Sequence record: OR846365.1
DNA from: a phage
DNA length: 1,105 nt
Direction: 5' to 3' (one strand)
The position numbers and the translations under genes were made by a program. Positions 1 through 1,105 of this stretch are shown piece after piece. The notes beneath the pieces are model-generated. The model was not told the origin of the DNA and did not search any database. It saw only the letters and a program-made list of their open reading frames with translations. Position 1 is the stretch's first letter. Each line of letters begins with the position of its first letter.

Positions 1-1105
1 ACCTAACAGGAAGCACATCACAAAGACGACAGCGTACAGACCGTTTGCTGTAAGCAGTGCCGCCTGCGGACCGCTATGTTCAACAATCGGGCCGGTAACC
101 ACAAAGGTCAACATAGTACCGATGGTTCCGCAGGTCAGGACAAAGTTAACCAGTTTTGGCGACGGTACTTTGGTCTGCTGTGAACCCAGGGTGATGATGG
201 TGGTATAGATCGCGCTGGAGAAGAAGCCCAGGGCGAGAATTGACCACGCCATATGTGCCGGTGTTCCGGTGTTAAAGACGTACATCAGAATCGCAGCCAG
301 ACCAGCCAGTACGGTCAGAATGCGTTGCAAATCAAAGAAGCGAAGAATAAAGCTGAACGCCCACATGCCGACCATGTATGACATCCAGAAGTTACTCACC
401 AGCGTGCCAGCATCATTCAGGCTCATGCCCAGGCCTTTGGCATACTCAGGCACCCAGGAGATAAAACCTAACTGACCGAGGATGTAGCACAGCGCCGCAA
501 CAGAGAGAAACAGTACGCCGATCCCCCACTTTTCTTTCGCTACCGGAGCATCCGTTTTTGGTGCATGTTTGCCCAGCGCCGGGAACTCACAGCCGAAGGT
601 CAGAATAAAAATAGCGACATACACCAGCCCGATGCAGGCATAAACCCAGTACCACTCAATGCTGCGCGCCAGTAGAAACGCGGCGATCATTGGGAAAATC
701 ATCCCAGCCATACTGAAGAAGGAGTCGGTAAATAACAGGCGGGAACCGCGCTGACGCCCTTCATACATTTGTGTTACCAGGAATGTACCAATCGACATGG
801 TGATGCCGCTGACCACCCCGAGAATGAACATCGCCGCCGAGAACAGCGCCAGGCTGTGGCTGAACATCAAACCGGCAACCGCCAGCACCATCAGGAGAAA
901 GCCAAAACGTAACTGCGTTTTCAACGGGACGATTAGCCAGGCGTTGAGGAAGATAGAGATTAAAATGCCGGCGTTGAGGAAGGTGAAGGTGTTACTCATA
1001 CTGGAAACAGGCAGATTGAAATAATCGGCGATATTTCCCATCACCATCCCGGTGACAATAACCAACGCACCAGTCAGTGCGTAGGAGAGAAAGCTAATCC
1101 ATGTG
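1..1105 (-). CDS. tsgA: Major facilitator superfamily transporter TsgA, internal fragment (both termini outside the window; covers roughly residues 10 to 377 of an approximately 391-393 aa protein)
   Basis: Seen in sequence: an uninterrupted minus-strand reading frame across the entire window (codon phase: + 1102-1104 is the first full codon, + 1-3 the last; 368 codons, no stop). I checked the translation block by block against the reverse complement. Hydrophobicity pattern gives about 12 TM-length segments split 6+6 by a short charged loop (+ 529..594), and a basic loop [11 protein letters not shown] (+ 742..774) sits after TM4, consistent with MFS architecture. Established knowledge: the sequence matches my recollection of E. 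coli TsgA ([21 protein letters not shown]...GFVSRHRQHNTLTSH). The supplied ORF track does not list it because the frame is open at both window edges. Confidence 0.9.

Noticed and set aside
269-475. Supplied + strand ORF (68 aa, GTG start, [40 protein letters not shown]...)
   Set aside because: It lies entirely antisense to the continuous tsgA frame. It starts with GTG and has no recognisable Shine-Dalgarno sequence in the 15 bp upstream. Its product is arginine/lysine-rich and low-complexity, which is typical of translating the antisense strand of a gene encoding a hydrophobic membrane protein. I see no independent support for it as a gene.
601-625. AT-rich patch on the + strand (cagaataaaaatagcgacatacacc) that superficially resembles a promoter -10 / UP-like element
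   Set aside because: It is the antisense of codons for the hydrophobic stretch VYVAIFIL (gtc gct att ttt att ctg) in TM6. Ile/Phe/Leu codons are intrinsically AT-rich, and there is no appropriately spaced -35 element or downstream gene for it to drive.
797-1024. Supplied + strand ORF (75 aa, ATG start, [39 protein letters not shown]...)
   Set aside because: Same reasoning: it is fully embedded antisense within tsgA, has no upstream ribosome-binding site (the upstream sequence is gtaccaatcgac), and its composition looks like an antisense artefact. Antisense ORFs of this length are expected by chance in coding DNA of this GC content.
1094-1102. ATG immediately followed by a stop on the minus strand (rc reads c ACA TGG ATT AGC; the out-of-frame ATG GAT TAG) near the window's right edge, which could be mistaken for the tsgA start
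   Set aside because: This ATG is out of frame with the long open frame and terminates after two codons. The in-frame sequence continues open through the window edge, and the recalled TsgA N-terminus (MTNSNRIKL-TWISFL...) places the true start about 27 bp beyond coordinate 1105.
1-1105. Possibility that the window is part of a genomic island, prophage or defence locus, as the prompt suggests
   Set aside because: There is no supporting signal: a single conserved housekeeping-type transporter gene fills the window, with E. coli-typical codon usage and GC content, no att-like or inverted terminal repeats, and no partial integrase, transposase or toxin-like coding potential in any frame.

Overview
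The whole 1105-bp window is an internal fragment of a single minus-strand gene, which I recognise as the Enterobacteriaceae (E. coli-like) MFS transporter gene tsgA. Reading the reverse complement, codons run from + 1104..1102 (Thr) down to + 3..1 (Gly): 368 sense codons with no stop, and base 1105 is the last base of the preceding codon. The translation starts [69 protein letters not shown] and ends [61 protein letters not shown]. It shows about 12 hydrophobic helix-length segments in a 6+6 arrangement around a short charged central loop ([22 protein letters not shown], + 529..594), which is canonical MFS topology. The start codon lies about 9 codons beyond coordinate 1105 and the stop about 14 codons beyond coordinate 1, so there are no promoters, terminators or intergenic regions in the window. 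The two + strand ORFs in the supplied track are antisense to this gene and I regard them as spurious. I found no RNA genes, mobile elements, CRISPR repeats or defence/accessory-system signatures; this looks like an ordinary core-genome region and I cannot support a claim of a novel system here. Minor points worth a second look are a possible 2-codon in-frame difference from my recollection of the K-12 protein, two small direct repeats inside the coding sequence, and the fact that TsgA itself has no established substrate.
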